A stretch of 63,698 bases of DNA, counting the filler, from Reticulomyxa filosa (taxonomy: Eukaryota; Protista; Foraminifera), in the NCBI GenBank assembly GCA_000512085.1. It is 20 parts of 20 records of this genome, joined end to end, with 100 filler letters (N's around TTAATTAATTAA, not from the genome) between each part and the next. Parts side by side here need not be neighbours in the genome. Positions count along the whole stretch, not along the records: positions 46,469 to 52,982 come from ASPP01028163.1; positions 53,083 to 56,076 come from ASPP01005860.1; positions 56,177 to 58,687 come from ASPP01026428.1; positions 58,788 to 60,758 come from ASPP01041607.1; positions 60,859 to 62,364 come from ASPP01000874.1; positions 62,465 to 63,698 come from ASPP01005615.1; 14 more parts are not named here. One strand, given 5' to 3'. Below the pieces are notes generated by a model. That model was not told the origin of the DNA. It was given only the letters and a program-made list of their open reading frames with translations, and ran no database searches. The position numbers and the translations under genes were made by a program. Below, in pieces: positions 51,870-63,698 of this stretch (its first letter is position 1; each line of letters opens with the position of its first letter).

Positions 51870-52926
51870 TATATGTCATCGTATCCCCCGATAAAAAACT
51901 TGCACTGACAATTTCTTCCCAAGAGGAGGACACGATGGTGTCACCATCTTTTGAGAACTGCAAACTTTTTATTGCATTTGCATGTCCTCCCAACTTTTGT
52001 ATTTCTCTTCCTGACACCAAATCCTATATCAGAACCATTGCATCATCAGAACACGACACAATTGTATAACAGTCTGGAGAAAATTGTGCTTTTGCAATGT
52101 TTCCTGTAATCACTTCCATTTTGTTGAATTCTTGTCCTGATTTTACATTCCCCAATCGAATTGTATTATCAGAACAAGACACAATAGCATATCCATCCGA
52201 GGAAAACTGTGCTCTTGTAACTGCATTTGAATGTCCTTTCAATATCTGAATTTCCTGTTCATACATGACATTCCATATCCAAATTTTCGATCATGAGATG
52301 ATGACACAATGCTACATCATCCAGTGAAAATTGCACATCTGTTATCCAATAGAATGACCTTTCAATCTTTTAATTTCATTTCCTGATATCACATCCCATA
52401 ATCAGATCATTTCATCATCAGAACATAACACAATCATACAACCATCTGGCGAAAATTGTGCTGTAATTGCATCATCAGAATGCCCTTTGGACTGCTTAAT
52501 TTCTTGTTCAGATTCCACATCAAATAATTGGATAACATTATCAAAAGAAGATGCTACAATGGTACGACAGTCTGATGAAAATCGAGCACAATAGACTATT
52601 CCAGAATGTCCACGCAAGACCTTTACTTCTTTAAAATATTTTATCCATTGCATCGCCAAAAATATGTGACAGAAACAGTCAAAATACGTCAACATAACAA
52701 ATTTGCATAACGTAATTGAAAATAATTTGATGAAATTCATTAATTCACCCCCAAAGGATTGCCTAGAACGTAGCCAATGCTTAACAATAATTATAATGTA
52801 TTTTTTGCTCTTTTTTTTGAAAAGTGAAAATGATGTAGTTGGTGTTAAAGTATTCTTTTCTAGTTCTGGAAAACACAAAACATTCATAATCAATACCAAG
52901 TATATTGGGTCTTCTTTTTGCTGCAT
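51870..52926 (-). pseudogene. WD40-repeat pseudogene
   Basis: GHS...FSSDG..IVSCS.D..I..WD repeats interrupted by stops (EMI*LWD near 52402, VLI* near 52024) and frameshifts. Confidence 0.85.
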
Positions 52927-53082
52927 TATATCTAATCTTTATGATATTTTATGATCGAAAGGGAACTATTTTTGTATAGTTANNNNNNNNNNNNNNNNNN
53001 NNNNNNNNNNNNNNNNNNNNNNNNNNTTAATTAATTAANNNNNNNNNNNNNNNNNNNNNNNNNNNNNNNNNNNNNNNNNNNN

Positions 53083-53870
53083 TGAACGAGCTTGCCAAAA
53101 AGTTTTTTTTTTTTTTTTTTTTTTTTGCAAAAAAAAAAAATTTTTAACCCCCTTTTTTTTTAATATAAAGAAAAAAGTGCAGTTTTTGAAATACTCAACT
53201 TTTATAAATTTGAAGACATTGAAGCGTGATATTGTACTCCATTAGCCTTTCACTCGTGTCTTTTTCGCTGCTTTGATACTTCAACTTTTCTTGCAATTCC
53301 TTGAACAGATAGGCAACAGAACGTGGAACCAGTCCATATTCCGCATCTTCTTTTCTCTTTTCTGGTCCGAACATCTTTATATCCCCCCCCCACAAGTACA
53401 AACACGTATACAAAAAGAAATTTTTTTTACTTTAATTTTTATTCTGTTTGTGGGCAGTGTTCAAATGATCCACTCTCGTCCAAATTCTTAATATTAGAAA
53501 ACAAAATTAAAAAAAAAAAAAAAAAGCAAATGAAATAAACAGTAAAAGTTTTGCCAGATCCAGTTTGGCCATACGCAAAAATAGTCCCATTGAAGCCGTC
53601 AAGACAAGAGTCGACCATTGGCCTTCCCACCACATGGAAACTGTGACCTTGTTGAGATTGCTCTGGCAGGATAAAGTCCAAGTCACATTGATAGATATTT
53701 TGCTTTTGATTGTCTCGTTTACCACTCTCTGGCCTTTCCAACAGTACTGTTGTTTCGCTTACATACGTCGGGGGCTTCACTTCGCCACTCACGCTTTTGT
53801 CTTTTTTGTCAAAGTTTTTTTCAACCTCAATTATTGGGCGGAATCGACAGACTACACGAATATTCTCCAT
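53083..53870 (-). CDS. Kinesin motor domain, N-terminal part (kinesin-1-like)
   Basis: NIRVVCRFRP, P-loop GFNGTIFAYGQTGSGKTFT|MFG, GLVPRSVAYLF and CLQIY. Introns present. Truncated by contig end. Confidence 0.93.
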
Positions 53871-55728
53871 TTCTTGCCAATTCACAAAATATATTGAGTT
53901 CTTTTCTGGGTCGTTTTTTTTTTTTTTTTTTTGAAAAACAACCACATCAAAAAAAATGGTCGTTGCTAACATTGAACTGAATACTCTTTTAATAGACTCC
54001 TTAGAGAGTCTGGTGACGGGGAATATGTTGTTTCTATCCTCCCAACCCTCGTTATCTACCGTTTCATGTCATCCAAAGATCGAAGTGTTTGAGTATGCTT
54101 CAGCGAAGCTGGCATCTTTAGTTCGCTCATGGCTGATTTGTTTTCAACAGGGCAAAAAAACTCGAGCACTCTTTTTAAACTTAGGCACGTAAAACTAGAG
54201 CGCAGGTTATAAGCAAGGCCTTAATCAAACCGACTTCAAGAAACAGTGGCCAGTGACGCTATATTGAGGCTATGCCAGTATTGTTGGAGTTGATTAGGCT
54301 TTCAAGATTATATAGCTAGCAAAAAATGATAAAGTTTGCAAAATTTTGAGAAATACGCATCACAAGCAGAAAAGTTAACATAAATTTTTTTAAGTTGATT
54401 TTTAATCAAAAAATATCAAATAAAACTATTAAAGTCCGTCAAAGGGGCACTGAAAATAACAATTAATTTTTCTAGAATCAATCGATAAAATTAATTTAAA
54501 ATACATTTAAATAAAAGTACAGCTTAAAATTTTGTCCTTGATGTTGCTGTAATAGGACGATTTGGCAAACGTCTTTCTCAAACATTTTTTTAAATCAAAG
54601 CGCAGCCTGTTTGTTCTAGTTTAGCTTGTCCAACTTTAAAAAATAAAGTAAGACTGATCCCAGTGAAGCGAAAGACGTCCATAGGATTGCTTGTAAAATA
54701 TAAGCTTCGGGTGTTTGGATGAAAAATGTTTTTTTTAAAAATTAGTTCACTGGGATTTGGCAAATGTGGTACAAAATCTGTCAGTTGTTGTAATTATTTT
54801 ATAAATCGACCGTAATTCTTGTAAAAAAATCAAACACTTACTATTGTCGACAAGCAAAGTGGACAAATAGACTATCACCACCACTCCCAATATGACAATA
54901 TAGCAAATCTTCGACCACATTCTAGCAATTCCGGATTTTGACTAATGTGTTAGTTTTTACAATGTTTCTGGCGACGTCAGTAGTGAGGATGAATTTACTT
55001 TTTTATCAGCAAAAAGAATTTCATAATAATAAGAAGTGACATACTATTAATTTCTTTAATGAAAAATATCATAAATTGTAAAAAGATGTTAGCAAGTACC
55101 ATAGATTTTGTTTGCATTAGAACAAAACAACAAATCTATCTAAATAAATGATCTTGAAAATAACTGACAGTTTTTGTGAATATTCATTGTCACTAAGAAC
55201 AATTCATATACATGGCAATGATGTGTTTAAAACAATGTAATTTTCAAAAAAGAATTTATTACTGTTTTTGTTTGCAGTTATTTACACTACACATTTTGTT
55301 GGCTTTTCGTTGTTTGCTGAAACTTTTCAACTGCGTTATTTTGCTGTATGTCGAAAACCTGCCTCTTTTGTACATGACATTAGGTTTACATTTCATTTTT
55401 GGAGGTGACAACAATTATATTCCGTGGCAATGGACCCTTTCAAAGTGAGAAGTATTATACCAAAATTAGTGCAAAGTCCTTTGGTGAGCATTGCTGTAAT
55501 TGTACATGGTTTTTTTTTTTTTTGACTTACTTGACCATAAAAAAGGTGAGTACCAGCAATATAATTTTTGTAGTTTCATCAACAACAAAATTGTGTTGAT
55601 ATTGTGTTAGAAAAAAGAATATAGTTTTTTTAAACAAAATGTTAAACAAAATACTTGCATTGAATAAAATACACGGAGAAAAAATAAAAAACAAAAACAG
55701 TTTGAAATGTTGAAATATTGGCGTTGCC

Positions 55729-56005
55729 TCATGGGCGTGGAAGACGAAACCACGTCTGAGGAAGCAAAAATTGTGTGTTAGTGTGAGTAATGTAATGTCT
55801 CACTGTATGTTTATGTTGAAACAATTGAGCCAAATCATCGCCGTATTCTTTGATATTAGCATTGTCCAAATGGACATGTCTGTGAGTATGAATATGTCGA
55901 AACTCATGTCTATGAACATGAATATGTTGAAATCGTATGCTCAGGCGATCAGAGGATGTATTGTTGCTACATAATATTTTTCTTCGATATCTATATTTAC
56001 CCGAT
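55729..56005 (-). CDS. Last exon of a hypothetical protein with His-x-His repeats
   Basis: Open frame ...RFQHIHVHRHEFRHIHTHRHVHLDNAN...HKHTVRHYITHT...RP*, preceded by an AG acceptor. Confidence 0.45.
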
Positions 56006-56462
56006 CTTCAAATTCTTTCATGTCATCCCTGAACACGTACACACCCATCCGACAAATCCAAAAAAAAAAAAAAAAANNNNNNNNNNNNNNNNNNNNNNNN
56101 NNNNNNNNNNNNNNNNNNNNTTAATTAATTAANNNNNNNNNNNNNNNNNNNNNNNNNNNNNNNNNNNNNNNNNNNNTGGAAGAGGAATCGACTTTGTATG
56201 TCGTGATCAATTTTTTTTTTGAAACATTTAATTTCAAACTACAAACCGAAACAAACATTTAATTACGTATGTCAGTTGGACTTCTTTTTCACTTTTCATT
56301 TCGACATCGACTTTTTGTTTTGCTTTGCTTTTTCTACGCCGACGCTTCCTTTTTTTTTGTTGCTGCTGTTCGTTCCTCCATAAAGACCAATTCTTCCAAA
56401 ATCACAAACATAACAATCTTTGCCATTTCATTGTATTTCAATTTGATGATTAGAACAGCGAG

Positions 56463-57520
56463 ATGGTTGGCGGAGGTGCGGATGCTGGCTTGAAACAAGA
56501 AAATGCGCTCCGAAAAGGAGTGATAACAGGAATAGCAGTCTTATGTGAGATGCTATCAGGAGGGTTGTTTTTGGAGAATGTGAAAATGGAGAAACAACGA
56601 ACTAGTGATCCATACCCACAAATCGTGTCTCGAATATTACGCCAGGGTGTAAAGGGATTTGAAGCAGGATTTTGGCCGTGGGGTTTTGTTCTCGGCGTAA
56701 CAAAAGGAGCAGTATTGGGAGGCTCCCGTGCCTTCTTTTTGAACTTGTTTTTAGACATGGGACTAGAAAAATCCACTGCTGATATCACGAGTGGATTTTG
56801 TGCTGGTAATGTTATCCTAACTGTATACGTTTTTAACAAAAACAAAAAAGGGGGAGGAAAAGAAAATTCTGTTTTTTTAATAAAAAAAAAAAAACAAAAC
56901 AAATAAATGACAGAACACGCACATAAACACTGTATCATAACATAAAAGGTGGTGTTCAAGGTGTGTTCATGTCACCAATATTACTTGCTCGTACTCGAGT
57001 GAATCAATATTTGACGGAAAGGGCAGCAGCAGAGGGACACATCAAAACATCATTTTTCCGAGAAATGAGTATCAGTATGAGCATCTTAAATAAAGAATTG
57101 CACGCGAAAGGAATATCGACATTGTTCATTGGCATGCCTGCAATGGTATTCAAACGCTCGATTGACTGGGGCTCACGCTTTTTGCTTATGCGCTGGCTTC
57201 GACACGCATATTTTGATTATAATGGATTTGATTCGAAAAGAAAATTAAATGATATGGAAGAGTTGGCAATTGCTTTTGGCGGTGGCACTTTAAGTGTCTT
57301 TGTCACCATGCCTATTGATCGGCTTATGCCCATTTTACAAGCCGCCGGTCGTACTAAAGATGCCACCATTTGGAGTATTACTATACAGAAATTCCGAGCG
57401 GAAGGACTTGGCACTTTGCAACGTGGTTTGGTATTTAGAACTATTCATTGTGGCTGGCATACTTCTTTTGCCATCTTCTTGTCGCAAAAGATTTATAATA
57501 TCATTGACCAGAAAATATGA
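56463..57520 (+). CDS. Mitochondrial carrier family protein, YHM2-like (citrate/oxoglutarate carrier type)
   Basis: Three carrier repeats. PWG...TKGAVL, WGSRF and KLN..E....GG resemble yeast Yhm2. Intron 56806-56948. Confidence 0.8.
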
Positions 57521-60500
57521 TATCCGACACTTTATTTGTCCACGCTCTTAATGTGCGCGGAATACTGAAATGAAATTATTTTGTGTTGTGGTTGGTTTTA
57601 TTGGTTGTTTCAGATTGATGGCTTGTTTGTTTATTTCACATCTTTTTTTTTCCTCCCTTACTTCAAGCATTATGAAAATTACCACGCCATTGAAGCTTTT
57701 CTGTCCTTTTTTTTAGATGTGTCTTTTGATTGAAAGATTGCTGTTAAACATAACAAGCTCTATCACTAGCAACTTTTTGCTTTTAAATTAAGCAATTCAA
57801 ATCAAAAACAAACTCGCAAAAGTGTTTCTTTGTCAATTTTTCAAAATCAAAATATGTAATGCAAAAAGAGATCAAAGCTTGGACTTTTTTAGAAAGAAAA
57901 ATTTTCACAGGTAACGTGTTAATATTTCAGATTTTTCTCAAGAAATATCACAGGACATTCGTCTTTTTCTAAAATCGAATCACCTTGCATTATTCATCGT
58001 TTTTTCTAGAAAATAATCAGCAACATTCGTTTTTCATTCTACAAAACTAATTCACAAGGACAAAAAAAAATAATGTCAGCATACTGCTGACTGCGTCAAA
58101 CGTCAGTCCAGATGTTAAATATTTTGTTTTGATTTATCCAAAGTTGTAACTTGCTTCTTTTTATTAAAGAAAAACAAATAATTTTAAACATATGATTTAT
58201 AAGTGCTAATTTAAGTTGATGAAAGACTTAAATCTGGCAATATTTTTATAGTTTATCATTACGATTGATATTGAGCATATAATTTATTGTTAAAGAATAT
58301 TTACGCAGTGTTATATTAAACTAGAACTTTTAATTTTTATCAAACAATATTTTGTTTGCTATTTTCAATATGAAAAAGTTTGCAATGAAACACACGAAAC
58401 AAAACTTTGTAAAAATGATTTTGAAATTATCGATTAAAGGTGTTATTCAAGAGGTTTTGCAAAACAATATCAACAACATATGCTAGATATCTTCTATATT
58501 TGAATAAAAATAAACATCAATTTTACACCATTGCAAGGCAATGATACATTGCACATTTTTTTATATATTCGTATTCAACATTTTGACTGTCGTTGGAATT
58601 GACTTTTGCATTTATCATTAGCCATGAGCTGTTCTCTTCAAACTAAAATTTTTTATTATCTTTTTAAAAATAATAATCGTGTATGCANNNNNNNNNNNNN
58701 NNNNNNNNNNNNNNNNNNNNNNNNNNNNNNNTTAATTAATTAANNNNNNNNNNNNNNNNNNNNNNNNNNNNNNNNNNNNNNNNNNNNCAGACACAAACGT
58801 CGGCTCTGACACAGCCATGTCCAAGCCAAAGACACAATAGCTACATCATGACCACTACAGTCTCATCAACAACCTCGTTGCAAATGAAGCCAATTTCAAT
58901 CACAATCACAATCCCAATGTCCTGAAAAATGATTCAAAAGACGATGCAAGCCAAGCGTCATGAGTAGCCTCACTGTCAATTTCATTGCTACTGGTCATCA
59001 CACACACACACAAAGACGATAACGTGGATGATTTATTCATTAATGTTATGCCAATTGTGCAATGCCTCTCTATCATCATCTTTTTTTTTTAACAAAAAAA
59101 TGTACATACTTCTAACATTGAAGAAACTGGGAGAGTGATAGAATGCAATAATGAGGAAGGAAACAAGTAGCAACATATATATATATCCCACAAAACACAA
59201 CAAATAATAATGAACTCGAAATAGAATCAAAATCAATAGATCTGGATATCTCAGACAGTCACGCAAAAACTAAAATTTATCCACTCAACTGGCATGCAGA
59301 TTACTGACGACGAATAATTACGTAATTATAACGACTCCAAAAGGTCATTGAGGCCTACCGGCCGACGGTCCAGAAAACATATCAAACATGAAAAAAACGA
59401 TCAAAACAGACTGTTACGTACATATACTAGAAATACGTATATAATAATAATAAAAAGATGATAAATACTAGAAATATACATTCATAATGCAAATATATAA
59501 CTGCATAATAAAAACGAAAAGTGACGAAATGGATCATCCAAAACACATACTGACACTGATAACAGATAGTCACAGAGACAATGAAAAAGACGGTGAGTTG
59601 AAAGTGTTCAATACTAACAACATGCCGTTTTGGTTGTCTGTCAAAGGTGGCTGTATTGACATTAACGCTTTGGACTTGAATGCGCGTGCTGTCGATGACC
59701 ACCAACAATGATCCGGTGACATCTCCCAATTCATCGTTCATGGCTACACCATTCCACAAGATATATCCCATCCTGTTGTTGTGTTACAGGGTCATATCGC
59801 TGACGCTCATCCGCCTGCGCACTCGGTCAATACAGTGATTTTGCTAAATTCCAATATCAATATCAATAACAATAACCAAGACAAGGAAAAAGAGGAAATC
59901 CACGGCGATGGCCATGATCGTACCATTACTAGAGTCAATACATTTGTGATCGTTTTAGTTAAGAGTATGTGTGTTATTGCAAATTGTTTCAATATACTTA
60001 TGTTTACATGTTAAAAATAGAAAACGAAGTAAAACATTAATAGTTTTTAGGATATACATCAGTATATAACATCATTTTAAATTGATCACATTTAGTACGA
60101 CAAATAGAAACGATAAAAATTTTAGGTAAATCAAGTTATATCATTTTATCACAAGCAAATGATATTATCAAATCAATTGATGATAGTTTTTTATCTCATG
60201 ACACTACAAATCTATCATATTTATATTTATTGTCGTTAATGCAAAAATCTGAAACTACAAATTTACAAAAATGATAACAAATCTTTTTTATTTGTTTATA
60301 AAATTATTGTCGTCATTTTTACACTTGAATGTTATCATTTTGATTTCAGTATTCTTATTGCAATCATAATAACAATTTTATTTTTTATTATTTTGCTTGG
60401 TCCAACTCTTTATTGGTTAAATGTATTGTCATTCTATTTAATAAATAAAAAAAAAAATTATTTTCATTTTTATTCAAATTTAACTTATTATCTTTTTATA

Positions 60501-60990
60501 CTTTCATTTCTTCTTCAATCAATAGTGATTAATTTGTGTACTATTATTTGTTGCAACAAGTTTCTTTACATTATTTTATCTAATGATATGTATATATCAC
60601 TCCATATTGACGTAGAGTAAAGTATTTTTATATTTCATCTATTTTCTTTTTTCTATTGAATATACATGCACTGGTTTTGAAACAACCTTGTCATGCTTGC
60701 ATTATCATTCTGTTCACCAAAAAACAAAATTAAGCTATTGATACAAACATATGCATATNNNNNNNNNNNNNNNNNNNNNNNNNNNNNNNNNNNNNNNNNN
60801 NNTTAATTAATTAANNNNNNNNNNNNNNNNNNNNNNNNNNNNNNNNNNNNNNNNNNNNAACAAACAAACAAACAAACAGGTTGTGCCTTTTCGCAATTGT
60901 CTGTTCACTCGACTGTTTCAACAATTTATTGACGGAACATCTCCGTTTGCATTTCTATTGTTACTTCCAAACGGCGGTTCAGAGACGACA

Positions 60991-61560
60991 ATGTCGACAA
61001 TGACTGTGCAGTCGGAGAGTGACAGCTTTGATCTCTCACAAGCGCTCTCGTTGATGCACTTTAGCTGCCATTCGCATCAAATCCATCCTTCTTCCTCCAA
61101 TATCAATGCCAATGCCAGTCTGTTGTCGCCCATGTCTTCACCTTCTTTGTTCCGAAAAAACCTTTTTCAAAACAGCGACTCCAGCCTACTGCACACGCCT
61201 GTACGTCAAGTTGGCACGACATTGGACACGGATAAATCCAAATATGCTCAAACAGGAAAAGAGAATTTCGAACAGGGCCGAAGTAACGACAAAGTTATTT
61301 TCAATCTTTTTTTTTTTTTTTTTTTTTCAATGCGTGGCGTGGTGCTATTGAAAGGACCTTTCACTGCCTGAAAGCGAAAGCATCGATTTCGACCCAAATC
61401 TGGCCGGGGTTGTTCCAAGTCCGATTTCTCCGATGTCGTTTTCCCACAATACCAAACACTTTGACGGCGAAACTGAAGACAAGCAAAATTTTTTCAATGA
61501 TACGTACTCGACATTGTTGGAATTGGAAGGTATTTGACACTTTTTAACTTCTCTTTTTTT

Positions 61561-61594
<34 letters not shown>

Positions 61595-62330
61595 TAAAAA
61601 ACGATTAGAAAAGCAGATTCGTGACAAACAAACAAACAAACAAACATACAGAAGACAACGTGCAATTGGAACAACCCGACGCTAATCTACTCAAAGAAAT
61701 AAACAACAATTCATCGTTCGTTGACGACATAAGCAGCAGTCTGAGCAACAGCAAGACAAATGACGAAAGTGACAAAACAGATGACAAAGACATTGACAAG
61801 GCCTTATTGGATGACATTTTTGTCAGGTTACCTTGTATTGAAGAACAGCATTATACTCATCATATTTACATATGCAATATATATATATATATATATATAC
61901 ATATATATATGCACATGGATTAAAATGAAGAAAATGGAACAATACATAAACAGTGACAGCGGGGTGGGAGATGAGATGACACGATCGTACATCAATGTCC
62001 CTGGACTAAAGTTGGACGAAGCAAAGCAACTGCTCGTGCAAAGGGCGTTGATTATCACCGAAAAGTATTGGCGTCGCCAAGTGAAGCAGGCTTGGATCCA
62101 TTGGAGAAATAACACTGTTTGGCCTCAAACACCAAAAGTTTGATTATAACAACAACAACGACAATAAAAATGATAAAAACAGACAGTGGGCGTTTCCGCT
62201 ATGATCAAATGTATTTGTTTTTGTGTTTGGGTTGTTTGAACAGTCTAATCCAAAAGTCCGAACAAAAGTAGAACGAGCAAAGAGTTTGCATCAGATTAAA
62301 TTCTTACAAGATGAAAACACGTTTTGCAAA
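60991..62330 (+). CDS. Hypothetical multi-exon Ser-rich protein, fragment
   Basis: Coding-like blocks near 60991-61293, 61375-61529, 61652-61826, 61950-62138 and 62244-62320, separated by T-tract or (TA)n introns. Confidence 0.5.
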
Positions 62331-62464
62331 TCTGTTCTTTTTTTAATATTTTCTCTCTCTCTCTNNNNNNNNNNNNNNNNNNNNNNNNNNNNNNNNNNNN
62401 NNNNNNNNTTAATTAATTAANNNNNNNNNNNNNNNNNNNNNNNNNNNNNNNNNNNNNNNNNNNN

Positions 62465-62651
62465 CACCATGCACGCCAGGCTGATAACGGGTATTGGCAA
62501 CCCGCGCTTCCAGCTCTGCTAAGGCATCTTTTAACTTATCTTCCTGGCCTGGCGGGCAGGAGATCTTCATTTGTTTACCGATCACGGAAACCGTTAGTTG
62601 TTTATTTTTGGGTTTAGTTGCCGTCGCTGGTTTGTTCACTTTTGGATACAT
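62465..62651 (-). CDS. zapA: Cell division protein ZapA, 5' part (bacterial)
   Basis: LTVSVIGKQMKISCPPGQEDKL. Divergent from ygfB, as in Gammaproteobacteria. The start may be GTG at 62639. Confidence 0.85.
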
Positions 62652-62765
62652 AAATTATTCTGCCTGCAAATTGTCCTTTCAACACCGGGCCGCCGCCGTT
62701 TGCTTGGCGTCGTCCTTGCCCGGTGATAGCATAGCGGCATTCTGCCTTAAGCTATGTTGGATCTT

Positions 62766-63349
62766 ATGCCAAAACACCCACACTTTGATTACGACCGTTG
62801 GACTGCTTTATTAGACCAAAACGCGATGATGGCTTCGGCCGCTGAATTACATGGTCTGGTGGTGGGGATGCTGAGTGCCGGTGTACCGGCGGATCCGGCG
62901 GTAATTCTACCAGTAATCCATGACTTCTTAAACGATGGTCAGGCGGTAAATGCAGTATTAAAAGCGGAAATTCTGCAGTTGCTTGAGTTAAGCAGCAAAC
63001 AGCTGGCCGATGAAGAACTGGGGTTTGCGCCTTTGTTGCCAGGTGATGAAGAAGCGATGATGGAACGGCTGGAAGCTTTAGTTGATTGGGCGCAGGCATT
63101 TTTAGTTGGTTTTGCCACCCGCCAGCACGATTTGGCCATTCTTGGCGATGATATGCGCGAAGTGATTGATCAAATGACCGAAATTACCCGCATTGATGTG
63201 TATGGTCAGGATGAAGAAACCACTGAAGCTGAAAACGAGAATCTTATTTCCTGGTGCTGGAGCACTTGCGGATGTTGGTGTTACAAACCCATACCGATGT
63301 TGGGCTGAAATATGCCGGCGTGCCGCCAGCGACCAAAACACTGCATTAA
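62766..63349 (+). CDS. ygfB: UPF0149 family protein YgfB (bacterial; 1-nt frameshift near 63239)
   Basis: SAAELHGLVVGML, FAPLLPGDE and ALVDWAQAFLVGF. The corrected C-terminus is EESYFLVLEHLRM...TKTLH*. Confidence 0.9.
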
Positions 63350-63425
63350 TAGTGTGTGCACGGACAGCCGCCTTAACCCGTGCGGCTAAAAAAATAACGC
63401 TGAGCATAAACCTGAGATAGTTGCC

Positions 63426-63698
63426 ATGGCAAAACCTCCATTTCCTGCTGCGGTGTATCAACAGCGCCGGCAGCAACTACTGGCGCAGCTGCCAGCCAAT
63501 AGCGTGTTATTACTGGCCGCAAACGCAGAGCTGACCCGCAGCCGCGATACCGAATTCCCATTTCGCCAGCACAGTGATTTGTTATACCTGACCGGCTTTG
63601 CCGAGCCGGACAGTTATTTGCTGCTCAGTAAAAACCTGGATGGCAGCACGGCGGAGCTGTTGTTATGCCGGTTAAAAGATCCGCTGGCCGAAGTGTGG
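63426..63698 (+). CDS. pepP: Xaa-Pro aminopeptidase P, 5' part (bacterial)
   Basis: YQQRRQQLL...RSRDTEFPFRQHSDLLYLTGFAEPD...KDPLAEVW, directly downstream of ygfB. Absent from the ORF track because it runs off the window. Confidence 0.93.
   Translation, partial: MAKPPFPAAVYQQRRQQLLAQLPANSVLLLAANAELTRSRDTEFPFRQHSDLLYLTGFAEPDSYLLLSKNLDGSTAELLLCRLKDPLAEVW

Noticed and set aside
54060-54131. Upstream kinesin exon or uORF MSELKMPASLKHTQTLRSLDDMKR
   Set aside because: I could not find a phase-compatible splice path into the motor exon.
58788-60020. Coding-like fragments (e.g. NMPFWLSVKGGCIDINALD) and a 16-nt palindrome ATAATTACGTAATTAT near 59313
   Set aside because: I could not build a coherent gene model or family, and an AT-rich palindrome alone is weak evidence.
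8821-62464. Recurring TTAATTAATTAA as a CRISPR-like or biological repeat
   Set aside because: It is always centred in exactly 88 Ns and is a synthetic six-frame-stop linker.
62465-63698. Horizontal transfer of bacterial genes into the host
   Set aside because: It is a separate contig with intact bacterial gene order and no host-like flanks.
1-63698. tRNA, rRNA or 6S RNA genes
   Set aside because: None were recognised by eye. The 6S RNA expected after zapA would lie beyond the contig end.

Overview
This window is not one locus. It is 20 unrelated contigs joined by 19 artificial 100-nt spacers (44 N + TTAATTAATTAA + 44 N), so adjacency across spacers means nothing. Nineteen contigs are AT-rich, intron-containing, microsatellite-rich eukaryotic DNA. 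The divergent alpha2-type tubulin and the WD40, TPR, TRAF-zinc and RNF213-like families suggest a foraminiferan such as Reticulomyxa (inference). Recognisable genes: a SPRY protein, a POLQ-type helicase with no polymerase domain, a 2OG-Fe(II) oxygenase, an ethanolamine/choline kinase, an XRN exoribonuclease, WD40 and TRAF-zinc-WD40 proteins, a TPR protein, an RNF213-like AAA+ ATPase, a PQ-loop transporter, a SAM/U-box protein, a kinesin and a YHM2-like mitochondrial carrier. Decayed copies are common (alpha-tubulin, aconitase, WD40, a ~1.1-kb tandem-unit family). The last contig (62465-63698) is gammaproteobacterial (zapA-ygfB-pepP). Best leads: the helicase-only POLQ; introns with 5' U-tracts and 3' A-tracts in place of a polypyrimidine tract; a phase-0 exon module heading WD40 propellers; and RNF213-like giant ATPases. 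All exon structures were read by eye and are not confirmed by transcripts.
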